A stretch of DNA of 64,000 nucleotides, from contig OZ025674.1 of NCBI GenBank assembly GCA_964019335.1, forward strand, positions 310,001 through 374,000, in the 5' to 3' direction. This document shows, in pieces, positions 1 to 10,680 of the stretch; position 1 is the first letter of the stretch, and each line of letters starts with the position of its first letter. The translations under genes were made by a program, and so were the position numbers. The notes under the pieces were generated by a model. It was given only the letters and a program-made list of their open reading frames with translations. It was not told the DNA's origin and searched no databases. This stretch comes from Diplonema japonicum (taxonomy: Eukaryota > Protista > Euglenozoa: Diplonemea).

Positions 1-499
1 TGAAAAATAATGAAAAGAGAAAGAAAACGAAGGGGAAAACAAAAAGAAGAAGAAAAAAACTGGAAGACAAGAAAGAGATACGTACGGGGGGTTGCAATGC
101 CCTCTGCTCTCTTTTTCGGTTTCTTTTTTTTTCTCTTCTTCTTTTTTCCTTCTTGGTCTTTTGTTCTTTTCCCCTCACCCGCCCCCTATTTTTTATTTGT
201 TTCTTCCATGCTTTCTTCTTCCATTCTTTTCCCCCTCCCTCCAAAAGGAAGAGAGGAAGAAAAGAAAAACGCAGTCACACCAGGAAGGCAGCTTGGCGGT
301 GTGATCACGCCCTTCCTTAACGCAGCATGAATATGTTCCTTGTATTCCCCCTCCCCCTTTTCCCTGACTTTTAGCTCCGTCCTTCCTTCCTGAAATCTGC
401 CTTTTTTATTTTACGGGAAGAAAGAGAAGGAGTCATCCGGTAGCCCTCGAGCATTTCTTTTTTTTTTTTTCTTCTTCTTCTTTTTTGCTTTCTTTAAAG

Positions 500-530
<31 letters not shown>

Positions 531-767
531 ACAGACTTATTCTTTGAAACTAACACGTCCGGGTTGTCTATCCCATTTATCCCCACATACCCCACTCGTT
601 TTTTTTTATCTCTTCCCCTGCCCTTTCCCTTCGGTTATCTCCTTTTCTTTAGGCGGCCGACAAAAAAAGAAAATGGCCACCGCTTTTCGTCTCACCCCCC
701 TCTTTGATCCTTTCTTCATTACGACCCGCCCCGAACGCATGCTATACAAATAAAGAAAGGAGCAAAA

Positions 768-1772
768 ATGTCTCGAGAGTGTTGCATCTGCTTCGAAGAT
801 CTATGCAGCGGTCCAGTTGCGGTGTTCGTGAGCGGAACAGAACCGAGAAGGGTGTGCTGCCATTATTTTCACTACGAATGCGTGAAGGACATGTGCCCCT
901 TTGTGACGCGTGGGTACGGCCTGGACATGGAGATCGAGGAGACTGAGGAGGGAAAACTGAAATGCCCGATGTGCAGAGAAGAATTCAACAGGGTCGTGAA
1001 GATGCCCGACCCAACACAAGACCCGCGAACTTGGTTCAGACTAAGCGAGAAAAAGGGAACCTTGACAAAAGAAGAGGCTCGACATGTAATTCGCGCCACA
1101 TGTAAAATATCAGAGGAACGCATAACACACCTCATCGAGGCGAGGTTCGGTTCGGGTCTCACGGAAGACGATCTTCCCCATTTCATCACGTTCATGAAAC
1201 GAAACAGTGACCACCCAACAGAAGCAGAGCCCCCGCACATTGTTGGGAACAAGGAAGGATGGTTTTCGTACTGGGACGAGAACGGTTCTGGCGTCTTGAA
1301 CAAGAATCAAGTCGCGCGTGCTCTCATCAAGACGTTCAACAAAAGTGAAAACCGTGTCAGGGAAGTGCAGTCTGTGGTGGAATCTGTGTGGGGTATCTTT
1401 GACCCCACTGACACCAACCGTATCAGCAAGGAGAACTTTCTTGCTACAGACGGTCTTGCAGATACTGTTATTGCGTCTCTTCACTTGCAGCTCGATATCT
1501 CTTTCTCTGCTGTGGCCGACCGTCCTGCGCCTACCACTCCTGTTGCCAACCCAATGACGTCCACGTGGGAGTGCACACGCTGCACCCTCGTCAATTCGTC
1601 CCTCAGCCAGGTCTGCAACGCGTGTGAAACCCCAAAATCTGGGTCGGAGTTCAGTTCCTCCTCTTCGTCTTCTTCATCTTCAACTTCAACTTCAACTTCT
1701 CGATGCTCCCCACCACCTCTTCGAAATGATCCCCTTGGCTTGGACGGCATCACTTTGACCTTTGGTACATAA
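768..1772 (+). CDS. RING-finger / EF-hand / RanBP2-type zinc-finger protein (paralog A), probable Ca2+-regulated E3 ligase
   Basis: 334-aa ORF. RING (CCICFEDL...CCHYFHYECV...CPMCR), EF-hand loops (WDENGSGVLNKNQ, FDPTDTNRISKEN) and a RanBP2 finger (WECTRCTLVN...CNAC). ATG preceded by AAAA. Confidence 0.85.
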   Translation: MSRECCICFEDLCSGPVAVFVSGTEPRRVCCHYFHYECVKDMCPFVTRGYGLDMEIEETEEGKLKCPMCREEFNRVVKMPDPTQDPRTWFRLSEKKGTLTKEEARHVIRATCKISEERITHLIEARFGSGLTEDDLPHFITFMKRNSDHPTEAEPPHIVGNKEGWFSYWDENGSGVLNKNQVARALIKTFNKSENRVREVQSVVESVWGIFDPTDTNRISKENFLATDGLADTVIASLHLQLDISFSAVADRPAPTTPVANPMTSTWECTRCTLVNSSLSQVCNACETPKSGSEFSSSSSSSSSSTSTSTSRCSPPPLRNDPLGLDGITLTFGT

Positions 1773-2251
1773 GAAAAGCTTAAAAGGACATCGGGCCTTT
1801 TATTTATTTGCTGCTTGCAGCTTCGTGTCATACACGAATTTTGTGAGAACGGGGGGGAGGGGGTACAAAAAATAGACAGAAAAAAAAAAAGAAGAAGAAC
1901 ACACGCACTGCAGCCGAACTTCTTGCCTTTTGTTTAGAATAAAAGTGCAACAATAGAATATTTCCCTTTTTTTTTCCCCCTATGCCAGACCACTGTGTGG
2001 GTGGCAAGAGACGGATCGAAGCTCTTAAGATCTTTGACCACACCTTCTGTCCAGCCCTCGGGTCTTTTTTTTTTCTCTTCCCTTTTTGGGAGGGCTAACC
2101 TGCTGAAAAGTCAGGGCCCTTCCCTTATGAATCTCTGGGTGATCAATTCCTTATATTTTGTCAATTTTCATCTAATATAAAAAAAAAATGGTTACCTATG
2201 CGCTGCTATTTTGTCACAAGGATAACGTATACACCCTCCTAATTGTCATTA

Positions 2252-2792
2252 CTGTAAAACAAAAAATGCCGGATGGACAAACGTCCGGGAGTTTGTCCGT
2301 CCGCCATTTTCCCGTCCGGCATTAAAATTTTCTTTACAGCTTTTAAGTCAGAGTAAGCCAAGTCTACGCCGGCTGTTGTCATGATGTGACCCTTCACTTC
2401 ACTTCAACGAAGACACCGTGTGGGAAGGAGTTCATTAATAAAGGCAAAAAGAAAAAGAAAGAAAAAGAGGGCTTTGGCTGCTGCCCTTGAGGCTCCTGGA
2501 AGCAGCCTCATCGTGAGGCTGGGGACAGATCTTGTGCCCAGGCATTTGTTCTCGAGCTTCTGGGCAACCGCTTCCAGCAACGGCCAGCAAACACAAGACA
2601 CCAGTGGAAATGGCAGGATTCGGACCACCGGGATTCCAAAGCAGGAAGCCCAACTAGCCTTGATGGAGCTCCTGGTCGCGGCATAAGAGGCCCCTTCGAC
2701 CCAGCTGAAGGAAAAAAGGGGAATAGGAGCTTCGCCCCGGCATATGCCGTCGCGTCCGGGAGTTTGTCCGTCTGGCATTTTTTGTTTTACAG
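2252..2792. mobile_element. Non-autonomous TIR element (MITE), 541 bp, TA on both sides
   Basis: 31-bp TIR CTGTAAAACAAAAAATGCCGGATGGACAAAC with 2 mismatches against the right end. TA at 2250-2251 and 2793-2794. Subterminal 20-mer CGTCCGGGAGTTTGTCCGTC at both ends. Confidence 0.85.
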
Positions 2793-2845
2793 TAATTAAT
2801 TATTGTCGTGTAGCGGCTAACGCACATCTACAGGAATACTATCAC

Positions 2846-4048
2846 ATGGCGGGGCATGTTGCAGCAGAGAGGCACGCGGAATGCTGCATCTGCTTCGATG
2901 ACTTGTGCAGCGGTCCAGTTGCGGTGTTTATGTCACAGCACAAAAGAGTGTGCTGCCATTATTTTCACTACGAATGCGTGAAGGACATGTGCCCCTTTGT
3001 GACGCGTGGGTACGGCCTGGACATGGAGATCGAGGAGACTGAGGAGGGAAAACTGAAATGCCCGATGTGCAGAGAAGAATTCAACAGGGTCGTGAAGATG
3101 CCCGACCCAACACAAGACCCGCGAACTTGGTTCAAATTAGTAGACACAGCAGGGACAGGGTCTTTGACAAAGGAGGAAGTGCGGCATGTAATTCGCGCCA
3201 CATGTAAAATATCAGAGGAACGCATTACGGACCTGGTCGAGACGAGGTGGCAAACATGGGACAAAGACAACTCGGGGACGCTGACTGAGGAAGAGCTCCC
3301 ACATCTTATTACTTTCGTGAAGCGGAACATCGAACAGCCGAAGCAGGCAGGCCCCCCGCATATCGTCTCAAATAAAGAAGGATGGTTCTCATTTTGGGAT
3401 GAAGATGGGTCTGGTGAGTTGGACAAAGATGAAGTAGCTCGTGCACTTATCAAGACCTTCGACAGGGGGGATAAACGCGTTCGAGAAATCCAGTCCGTAG
3501 TGGAGTCCGTGTGGGGTATCTTCGACATCACCGGAACAAGCTGCATCAGTAAGGCAGAGTTTCTGAAGCCCGATGGGCTTGCAGACACCGTCATTGCTTG
3601 TTTGCAGACCGACGATTCGTTTTCGGCTCATGCAGCGGAGAACTCGATCACACCCGTCGCCTCGCCAGTCACAAGGCTGCCTGTAGGTCCCGCCAGCTTC
3701 AGCGAAGAAGGATTGCCAGCTCCCTCAGCTCCTGCTGATCCCAATGCAGGTGCCAACCCTGGGGTTCTCGATCCGGCCTTGTACCGCCCAGGGCCCTGGA
3801 CCTGTTCTCGTTGCACATTCTACAACACTGCACCTGTGCCCACTTGCGGCATCTGCCAAGCAGAGAATCCCCAAGCACTCGAAGTGCGTGATTTTATAAT
3901 GAACATCCGGGCCATGCGTGCCAGCCCACACCAAGTGAGGCAGTGCGTCGTATGCTTTAAATGGGGCCAACCAGGGGAGGTGCGTCGATCCGGATACAAG
4001 TGCTTGCCTTGTGTTGGTAAAAGGCATCGCAGGATTACTGGGGTGTGA
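2846..4048 (+). CDS. RING-finger / EF-hand / RanBP2-type zinc-finger protein (paralog B)
   Basis: Same architecture as 768-1772 with more intact EF loops (DTAGTGSLTKEE, DKDNSGTLTEEE, DEDGSGELDKDE), WTCSRCTFYN...CGIC and an extra C-terminal CxxC...CxxC. ATG 2846 chosen because the ORF-track start (2744) lies inside the MITE. Confidence 0.85.
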   Translation: MAGHVAAERHAECCICFDDLCSGPVAVFMSQHKRVCCHYFHYECVKDMCPFVTRGYGLDMEIEETEEGKLKCPMCREEFNRVVKMPDPTQDPRTWFKLVDTAGTGSLTKEEVRHVIRATCKISEERITDLVETRWQTWDKDNSGTLTEEELPHLITFVKRNIEQPKQAGPPHIVSNKEGWFSFWDEDGSGELDKDEVARALIKTFDRGDKRVREIQSVVESVWGIFDITGTSCISKAEFLKPDGLADTVIACLQTDDSFSAHAAENSITPVASPVTRLPVGPASFSEEGLPAPSAPADPNAGANPGVLDPALYRPGPWTCSRCTFYNTAPVPTCGICQAENPQALEVRDFIMNIRAMRASPHQVRQCVVCFKWGQPGEVRRSGYKCLPCVGKRHRRITGV

Positions 4049-4142
4049 ACTTTGGCCTTTCGATCCTCACAATAGATAATTCGTAACTCTCAACTAACAA
4101 CATTATGCTCCGATTAAAAAAATGGAGCTACGAAAATTTCAT

Positions 4143-4224
4143 GGCACGATGGCCGAGCGGTCTAAGGCGGAGGACTCAAGTTCCTTTCTCTCCGGAGGCG
4201 TGGGTTCAAACCCCACTCGTGTCA
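4143..4224 (+). tRNA. tRNA-Leu(CAA)
   Basis: Acceptor GGCACGA/TCGTGTC+A, Leu-type D arm GCCGAGCGGTCTAAGGC, anticodon arm GAGGA-CTCAAGT-TCCTT, long variable arm, T arm GTGGG-TTCAAAC-CCCAC. T7 Pol III terminator at 4228-4234. Confidence 0.95.
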
Positions 4225-4278
4225 CTGTTTTTTTAAACTACCTCAGAGTAGAACAAAACATGAAACACAGGGAAAAAG

Positions 4279-4360
4279 TGACACGAGTGGGGTTTGAACC
4301 CACGCCTCCGGAGAGAAAGGAACTTGAGTCCTCCGCCTTAGACCGCTCGGCCATCGTGCC
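4279..4360 (-). tRNA. tRNA-Leu(CAA), identical inverted copy
   Basis: Exact reverse complement of 4143-4224. T5 terminator on the minus strand (4273-4277). Confidence 0.95.
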
Positions 4361-4745
4361 ATGAAATTTTCGTAGCTCCATTTTTTAAATCGGAGCATAA
4401 TGTTGTTGCCATAATTACCAGGGCCTTTCACTTTGGTATCAACTCACAACGGGTTCATTAAACAATAGATAATAATGCGAAGAAGGAAAAAGCCTTGGAA
4501 CTAACCTTTTGTGTGTCTTTTTTTTTTCTCTTTTAATTTCTTTGACTGCAGACGCGGGTTTCTTCGGGCTTGAAGGGTATAAAAAGTTGTGGTCCATAAA
4601 GTGAGCCGTTCTCTTTCCCCCCTTCTTTTTGAACAAGTTTGTATCGCTTGGGCTTTACTTTACATGCAGACACTGGTATAACCACAAAACAATCTCTCCT
4701 CTCTTTATTTTGAGGTTTGCTGTTTTTTGTTTTTTTTTTTTTTTT

Positions 4746-5179
4746 GGGCCGTGGACTTCATTGCCACAGAGGGACTCTCGCCTTGTGGAGAGGGTGAGGA
4801 CATCCAGGAGAGCGCGCGTGTCATAGGCCGGGTGATAGCGGCACTAGAACGCATCCACTAATAAGCGCATAGCGCCCCTCATTCCAGCTGCTTCGGTAGA
4901 CTCTGTCCACTCCCTACGCACGTTGGGTTACTACAACGGCTCCATAAGGGGCTACTCCTCTAGGCCGGTATTCGCCTCCCCGGCGACCCGCCACATCCTT
5001 GAGAAACAACTGTACAACTATTGTGTCCTTACCAACTCGGTTGAGGGTTTTATACCTAAGGTACCGAGGAGGGCGAACGAGGGGCCGAAGGCCACACCAC
5101 AGCAGAAAGGTTCGATCAAGAGATAGATTGAGACTCTTCAGGCGTCCTGCCACATACCGCAGGTACCCTTAAATGTCTC
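4746..5179 (+). mobile_element. 3' fragment of a non-LTR retrotransposon (T-tract family, subfamily 2)
   Basis: Translation AVDF...SVHSLRTLG...GYSSRPVFASPAT...QKGSIKR* aligns with the C-terminus of the element at 52475-54175 (AIDF...RVKSLIAIG...GFARRPIFATHST...QKGSINR*). T16 on the 5' side; T7-CTTCTTC-T18 on the 3' side. Confidence 0.75.
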
Positions 5180-6003
5180 TTTTTTTCTTCTTCTTTTTTT
5201 TTTTTTTTTTTCCCTCAGGCCTTTTATCTGCTGCCCTTTGATAACAATAGAGTAACCATAGTTCCTAGGCAGACCACGTTTCCGTTAAACTACAAAACAA
5301 TTCAATTAATATATTGCGCTTGTGATTGTTGTAAGCCATGGTAGGCTCCGGGCCTCGAGTTGGAAGATGCTGGTGTGACGTTAAGAAATGGGAGGAATGC
5401 GAGTACAATACAATAGAGAAGAGAGAGAACTTAAGAAAATAAAAAGAAGAGGAAAAATAAAAAGGGAAAGAACAAGAAGTGAGAAAAAAAAAAAAGAAAA
5501 AAGAAAAAAGCAATTCTTCGCGATAGGGAAACCAGTATCACATACCAAGAAACCTTCGCATAAAAGAGGGGTGGATAAATCTAAGCTTTATGCTGAGTTG
5601 TCCTTGCCACGAGTCGTCAAAGAGCCAATGAGGTGCACCTCCTTTGCTAAGATGTTTATCTCCTCAATTATTGAAAGTAAATGTTTTAATTTTAGTAATT
5701 TTTTTTACTCCCTTTCTTTCTTTTTTTGAGTAATTTACCCCCCCCTTTTTTTTTCTATTCTCTCATTTGCATCTTTCTCTATTATTGGTATCTATTCTTT
5801 TCTTCTTGTTTTGAGGGTCGTTGCGAACACCCCCTCACAGTGCCTTCTTTTTTTTTTTTTTTTTTTTTATATTTCCTTTTCCTTTTTTTTATCTTTTCTT
5901 TGTTTCTTGTCTCTATCCAATCTTTCTTCCAAAGAAAATAAAAAAAAAAGAAGAGGAAAAAAAAACTCGGGGAAGGGGGGGAGGGGAAACTTCAAAATAT
6001 GTA

Positions 6004-6318
6004 CAGAATTTAGCCCTGGATTGCCTTGATACGGGCGGATACACTTCTTCCGAACAACCTGCAAAAGCAAGTTTTGATCAGGGGGCGTGTATTCTGAAGT
6101 TTGACATGTCAAAATCCTGTCATGGGGTGCCAAGGGGTTCCCAGCACACTCTATGAAAACCGGGAAAATGCGTCCTTTCTTGACAGGCTCCAAAAGGGCC
6201 CAACAACACACAAAAACAGGGAAATATTCTAAAATACGTCTTTATCACCGTTTTCGCCTAGCCCAGCCCCCCCCCCCCCCCCCCCCCCCTCGCCTTATGG
6301 CATAGGGCCTAAATTCTG
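6004..6318. mobile_element. Tc1/mariner-like MITE (CAG...CTG ends, TA TSD)
   Basis: TA|CAGAATTTAGCCCT ... AGGGCCTAAATTCTG|TA; no ORF. Confidence 0.75.
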
Positions 6319-6364
6319 TACTTTTATTTTGACATTTCCCCAAATAAAAAAAAAAATAAACAAG

Positions 6365-6388
<24 letters not shown>

Positions 6389-6396
<8 letters not shown>

Positions 6397-6600
6397 CCTC
6401 GGAATGGGGTTAGGGAAACGATGGCAATGCCCATGTTAAGGTTTTGCGGATAGGCTTTGTCCTGGCCGTCTGTTAGATTCCACACTTGACTCTTCAGCAT
6501 TCCGCGATGGGAGCAAAGAAGGATTCGTCCGGAGGGAACCTCCCTACTGGGGGGTAGTTTCGTGCAAACTCAAAGTTAACCCCCTTCTGAGGTTTTCTCT
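6389..6600. other. 212-bp island closed by a 24-bp inverted repeat; structured ncRNA or MITE
   Basis: 6389-6412 pairs with 6577-6600 (one G-U, one mismatch). Internal hairpins such as GGAGG-GAA-CCTCC. No clear TSD. Confidence 0.4.
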
Positions 6601-6977
6601 CAGAAAGAAAGAAAAAAAATCCAATTCAGTCGTTCTTTATCCAATTCATTCGTTCTTTTAATATTTCGCGTCACATTACAAGACACCGAACCTCCGAGTT
6701 CACAAGGACAGGCCGCCCACCCAAAGTTGTCCTACTTAATAAAAGAAACTGTCCTTTTTAGGATATTCCTCTGATCCCCCGACCATGGGCCGCCCATCCT
6801 TTGTGTAAAGTCAAACATGTTTACCCAAAGGACGCACTTTAAAAAGAGACGCAAGAATATTGTCTATATTCTGTTGCCTTTTTTTTTTTCCCATTCCCTT
6901 TTATCCTCCCCCCCCTCAAAAAATGATTTACCCACGATTCCTTCAAACATTTTCTTTAAAATTTTAACAGGTGTGAG

Positions 6978-7673
6978 ATGTCGTTGTGGGTGGCCCTCCC
7001 ACTAGCGGGTTCCATCGTCATTATATGTATAATATGCTTGTGCAAAAAGAAGCTGGTGAAGAGAAAAGTCGAGAAGGAAATTGAGACGTTGGAAGTTCCG
7101 GGGAAGGAATACTACGGGGAAATGAAGAAGAAGCGGGTCTCGATCTCCCCGGTCCCCGTTATGGTTGGCGGGTCGAATCCGCTGGATGACCTGGAGGAGA
7201 AGAGGGGCAGCTTGAGGTCCTTTGGGAGGGGAAGCAGCAGCGACGAGGATTTACACCAACAATTACAGCAGTACACGGCTCCTCTTTCCCGATCAGGTTC
7301 TGCAAGCTTAGAATCTCAGTCTATAGCACCCAGTTCATCTGTGAATGAACGGCAGGGTAGTTACTCCCTCCCTTCCATCGGTGACACTGTTTGCATCATC
7401 AACAGTAAGGACCACGTGAAATGCATTTTCCAGAGTAATAAAAACGGCCTTCGATGGCACGAAGCGAAGCTTCCCTTCATAGGGTCATCTGGGACAGTTC
7501 GGGAGGTGGATTTTGATGGTTCGGTTAAGGTACAGTTTTATCCGTCAAACCCCGGACTTTGGTGGCCAGTCGAGGCCCTCACTCTGCCGCCCCCTCGGAG
7601 GCGGTCCTCACGTTCATCAGGCACCGCTTCACCGTCTGCCATGGGACAGATGGGCTCTGCCGTGTCCATCTGA
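6978..7673 (+). CDS. Membrane-anchored protein with a Mind-bomb-type SH3 repeat (SH3_15-like)
   Basis: 231 aa. Hydrophobic N-terminus followed by KKK, Ser-rich linker, then IGDTVCI...W......IGSSGTVREVDFDGSVKVQF...WWPVEALT. Confidence 0.75.
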   Translation: MSLWVALPLAGSIVIICIICLCKKKLVKRKVEKEIETLEVPGKEYYGEMKKKRVSISPVPVMVGGSNPLDDLEEKRGSLRSFGRGSSSDEDLHQQLQQYTAPLSRSGSASLESQSIAPSSSVNERQGSYSLPSIGDTVCIINSKDHVKCIFQSNKNGLRWHEAKLPFIGSSGTVREVDFDGSVKVQFYPSNPGLWWPVEALTLPPPRRRSSRSSGTASPSAMGQMGSAVSI

Positions 7674-8633
7674 CCTTTTTGGCCGCATGAATGTGTCTCA
7701 TAAGACTGAGTTTTAAGATTTTTTTTTCCCTTTTAAACAATACCATTGTCGACTAAAGAAAGAAAGCTAGTTGATGGAAGGGTAGTGAGTAATCTTATTA
7801 GGGTAGAATACCGGCTGTGCACACAAACAAACAAAGTGCCAAACTGGTTTCCTCCCCGGTTTAACAGCAAGAAAAAAAGAAGAAAAAAAAAGAGGAAAAA
7901 AAAAAACCCCCCCATGGGCAGCGGTGGTGGTGAGTTTTGTATTTCACACACTCGGCTCTTCAGAGAAGGGGGGTCTTCTTTTTTTCTATTTTTCTTTCTC
8001 CCCCCCCCCCCCCCCCCCCCCGCTCGATTGAAACCTGTTTCATCTTTTGCAATTCTGACACGTCGGGCCAAAAGCCCGCTTTTTAAATCTTTTATTGTTT
8101 TGAGGTAAACAAAAATTGTAGTAAAAGTGAAAATTGTAGCTTTTCGGAGTTGGACTGCTCGAATTCAGAACAAGCTTTTTTTGAAACTCTAAAAGAAAAG
8201 TATGGACATTTTTTTTTTCTTTTTTTTTTTTTTTTTCTGATGTATTTAGGAAACCGTGTTTTTAAGCCAAAAAAAAAAAGAAAAAAAAAAACAAACAAAA
8301 AAAAAAAAAACCTAACGCCACCCCCTAGGTGATAAGTTAGCCCTCTGGCGCACGAACGCCCTGAACGGAAAAATATAAAAAATGGAACAAGAGAAAGAAT
8401 TGTGGTCTTGCATTAACTTCTAGCGGGGCAAGAGTGACACCATACCGTTTTAGAATGTACTCCACATGAAGAAGAAGAAAAAAAAAAGAAAAAAAAAGGA
8501 GGAAGGGGGGTAATGCGGATGAGGGTACCGTGTCTCGAGAATATTGTGTAGGTATTCAGAATTTTCTCCCTTCTCCGCCCCCTTTTTTTCTTTACATCTT
8601 GAAAACGATACAGGCCCTGTCAAGAAAAAAAAA

Positions 8634-9187
8634 TAGCTATTTATTGCCAACAAATAATGAGTCATTATTTAACTCGAGTTCCCGAACTTTTTGCACGAGG
8701 GCCCTGCGGGCCCTCGTGCAAAAAAACGGTAACGAGTGTTAAATAATGGCTCATTTGGCGGCAAGTAAGTCGTTTTATTTCACTTTTCGTCATTTGAGTC
8801 ACTCACTCTTCACTGCTTTCACTGCTGTTTTTTTTTTTTCACGCAGGTCAGCTTTTTGGGGATTTTCCTAAGGTAATACAGGGTAGCTATTTCGCCGTGG
8901 CATTTAAAGGGGAAGTAAGGCACTTATTCCCACTTTTAAGGGCTGGAATGGCCTCAGATGGCCAAAAATAGTCAAAATACCCACACCCCAAAAAAGTTTT
9001 TCAAGGGGTTGGGTGCATTTTTTTCCACGACAAGACCCATTTTTTCACTCTGAGGCCCCATAATTTAACTCCAAAATCTCATTATTTAACGGCAAAATCT
9101 CATTATTTAACTAGTTAAATAATGGCCATTTCGCGTTAAATAATGAGTTCCCTAGTGAGTGAAGAAAATGACGAAGAGTGAAATAAA
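8634..9187. mobile_element. Non-autonomous element with a long terminal hairpin and asymmetric inverted repeats (Helentron/HINE-like or Crypton-like), copy 1
   Basis: ~65-bp imperfect stem with a 17-bp perfect core (8688-8704/8708-8724). 22-bp IR, one arm internal (8774-8795) and one terminal (9166-9187). Repeated CATTATTTAAC motif. A-tracts on both sides. Related copy at 41098-43428. Confidence 0.75.
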
Positions 9188-10680
9188 GAAAAAAAAAAGA
9201 AGAGAACCCCCCCCCCCCCCCCCCCCCCCGCCCCCATTTTTTAATGTTTCCTTTAGATCTAGAAGTTGGGTTTTGTTTTTTTTTCTTTGACCTCCAGACA
9301 AATTTTAGCTTGACCCCCGCCTCATTATACCCCTACTTAATGTTCCCCTCCTGGGCCCAGGATCGATTCCTGGACAGTGATAACTCTCGTTCAGAATATC
9401 TTCTGAAATATATTGTGATAGGTTGAGTAATACCTGTTCCTCTGTCTTCCGTTGTCTCAAGGTTTGGGTGACTTTCTTTGTTGAGTGAGCCACCCGGTCA
9501 GCCCTTCCCGTCGGCAGCCATCGTCCTGACGTACTAAAAATTTCTTCTTTAGACCTCCATAGGCCTGATACTTGCTTTTTAAGTAGGCTTTTTTTTCCTG
9601 CCCCTGAGCAGGAGGCCCAACTTTTGTTTGTATCACACCCCGCCTTTATATACCCTGGTATATTAAGCGGGGGGGTTTTTTTTTTCTCTTTTTCTTATGG
9701 CTTCCGCCAAGGTCCGGTGAACTTAGTTACCATTTAAGTTTTTTTTTTTTTTTGGCTTGCACACCGGCAATAAGCAAGCTAATGACAATGATCTTTTCTT
9801 TTTTTTCATTTTTTTTTCCATAATTCCTGCAATTATTCCTCTTTTTACACTCGCCCCCCCCCCCTTTTTTTTTACTGCCTGTCGCCTTTTCGGCGAAATT
9901 TACAGGAGTACCTTTTTAGCGGGGTTTCTACTTCCTTCAGTTCTGTTTCTGTCGCAAAGAAAAAAAGTTTTATTGTCCTTCTAAGAAGCAGTTGAAGTAT
10001 GTATGTACCCTATTGAACCGAATTGCACAAAAAGAAGTTCTATACCCCCCTCCCTGCCTTATGAAGTCATCAGAAAAAGACGGGACCAAAGGAAAGGCAC
10101 GTATCCATCCTTCCGCCCCGTGTTTTTTTTAAATGCCCTCCACTCCCCTTCTCCCCCCTTTTTCATCGTCCTTGTTGCGCACAGTGAGCGTTCCCCCCCA
10201 CTCCTTGCACACTGGATTTTTACCGATTTTTTTCGTGTTGTGTTTTTATTCATTTTGGAACAAAGTGTAGACTGTGCCAAGATAGATGGCTTTCCGGCTC
10301 CTACTTTTGTTTGCCTTTTCAATTCACAGGTGTGACCTCCTCTATACTTAGACAGTGAGAGGAAGCGCTACGCTTTGCTGCCAGTGGAGAGATCTTAGCA
10401 ACAAAAAAAAAAAGAAGAAAAAGAGAAAAAAAAAAGAAAAAGAAAAAAAAAAAAAAAAGGAAAGCGTGGAATGAAAGATGTGAGCATGAAGAGGAATAAG
10501 ATTTAAAAGAAAAAAATAATAAATAATAATAACAATGGCACCCATCTGTTTGTGTTTTTTGATTCATATAACACGCGACCACAGGTCTTTTTTTTTTTGT
10601 TTTGTTTTCTATTATTTTATCCCCCCCTCCCCCTACCCTCTTTTTTTTCTTCTAACGAAAAAAGAAAAAAGAACATAAAG

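Noticed and set aside
6314-6331. Spliced-leader-like sequence TTCTGTACTTTTATT
   Set aside because: Only ~11 nt match the euglenozoan SL 3' end. It overlaps a MITE TIR/TSD and has no upstream SL sequence or donor.
6480-6570. Hammerhead core (CTGAAGA and GAAA on the minus strand)
   Set aside because: The stems and the UH cleavage site cannot be arranged in any hammerhead topology.
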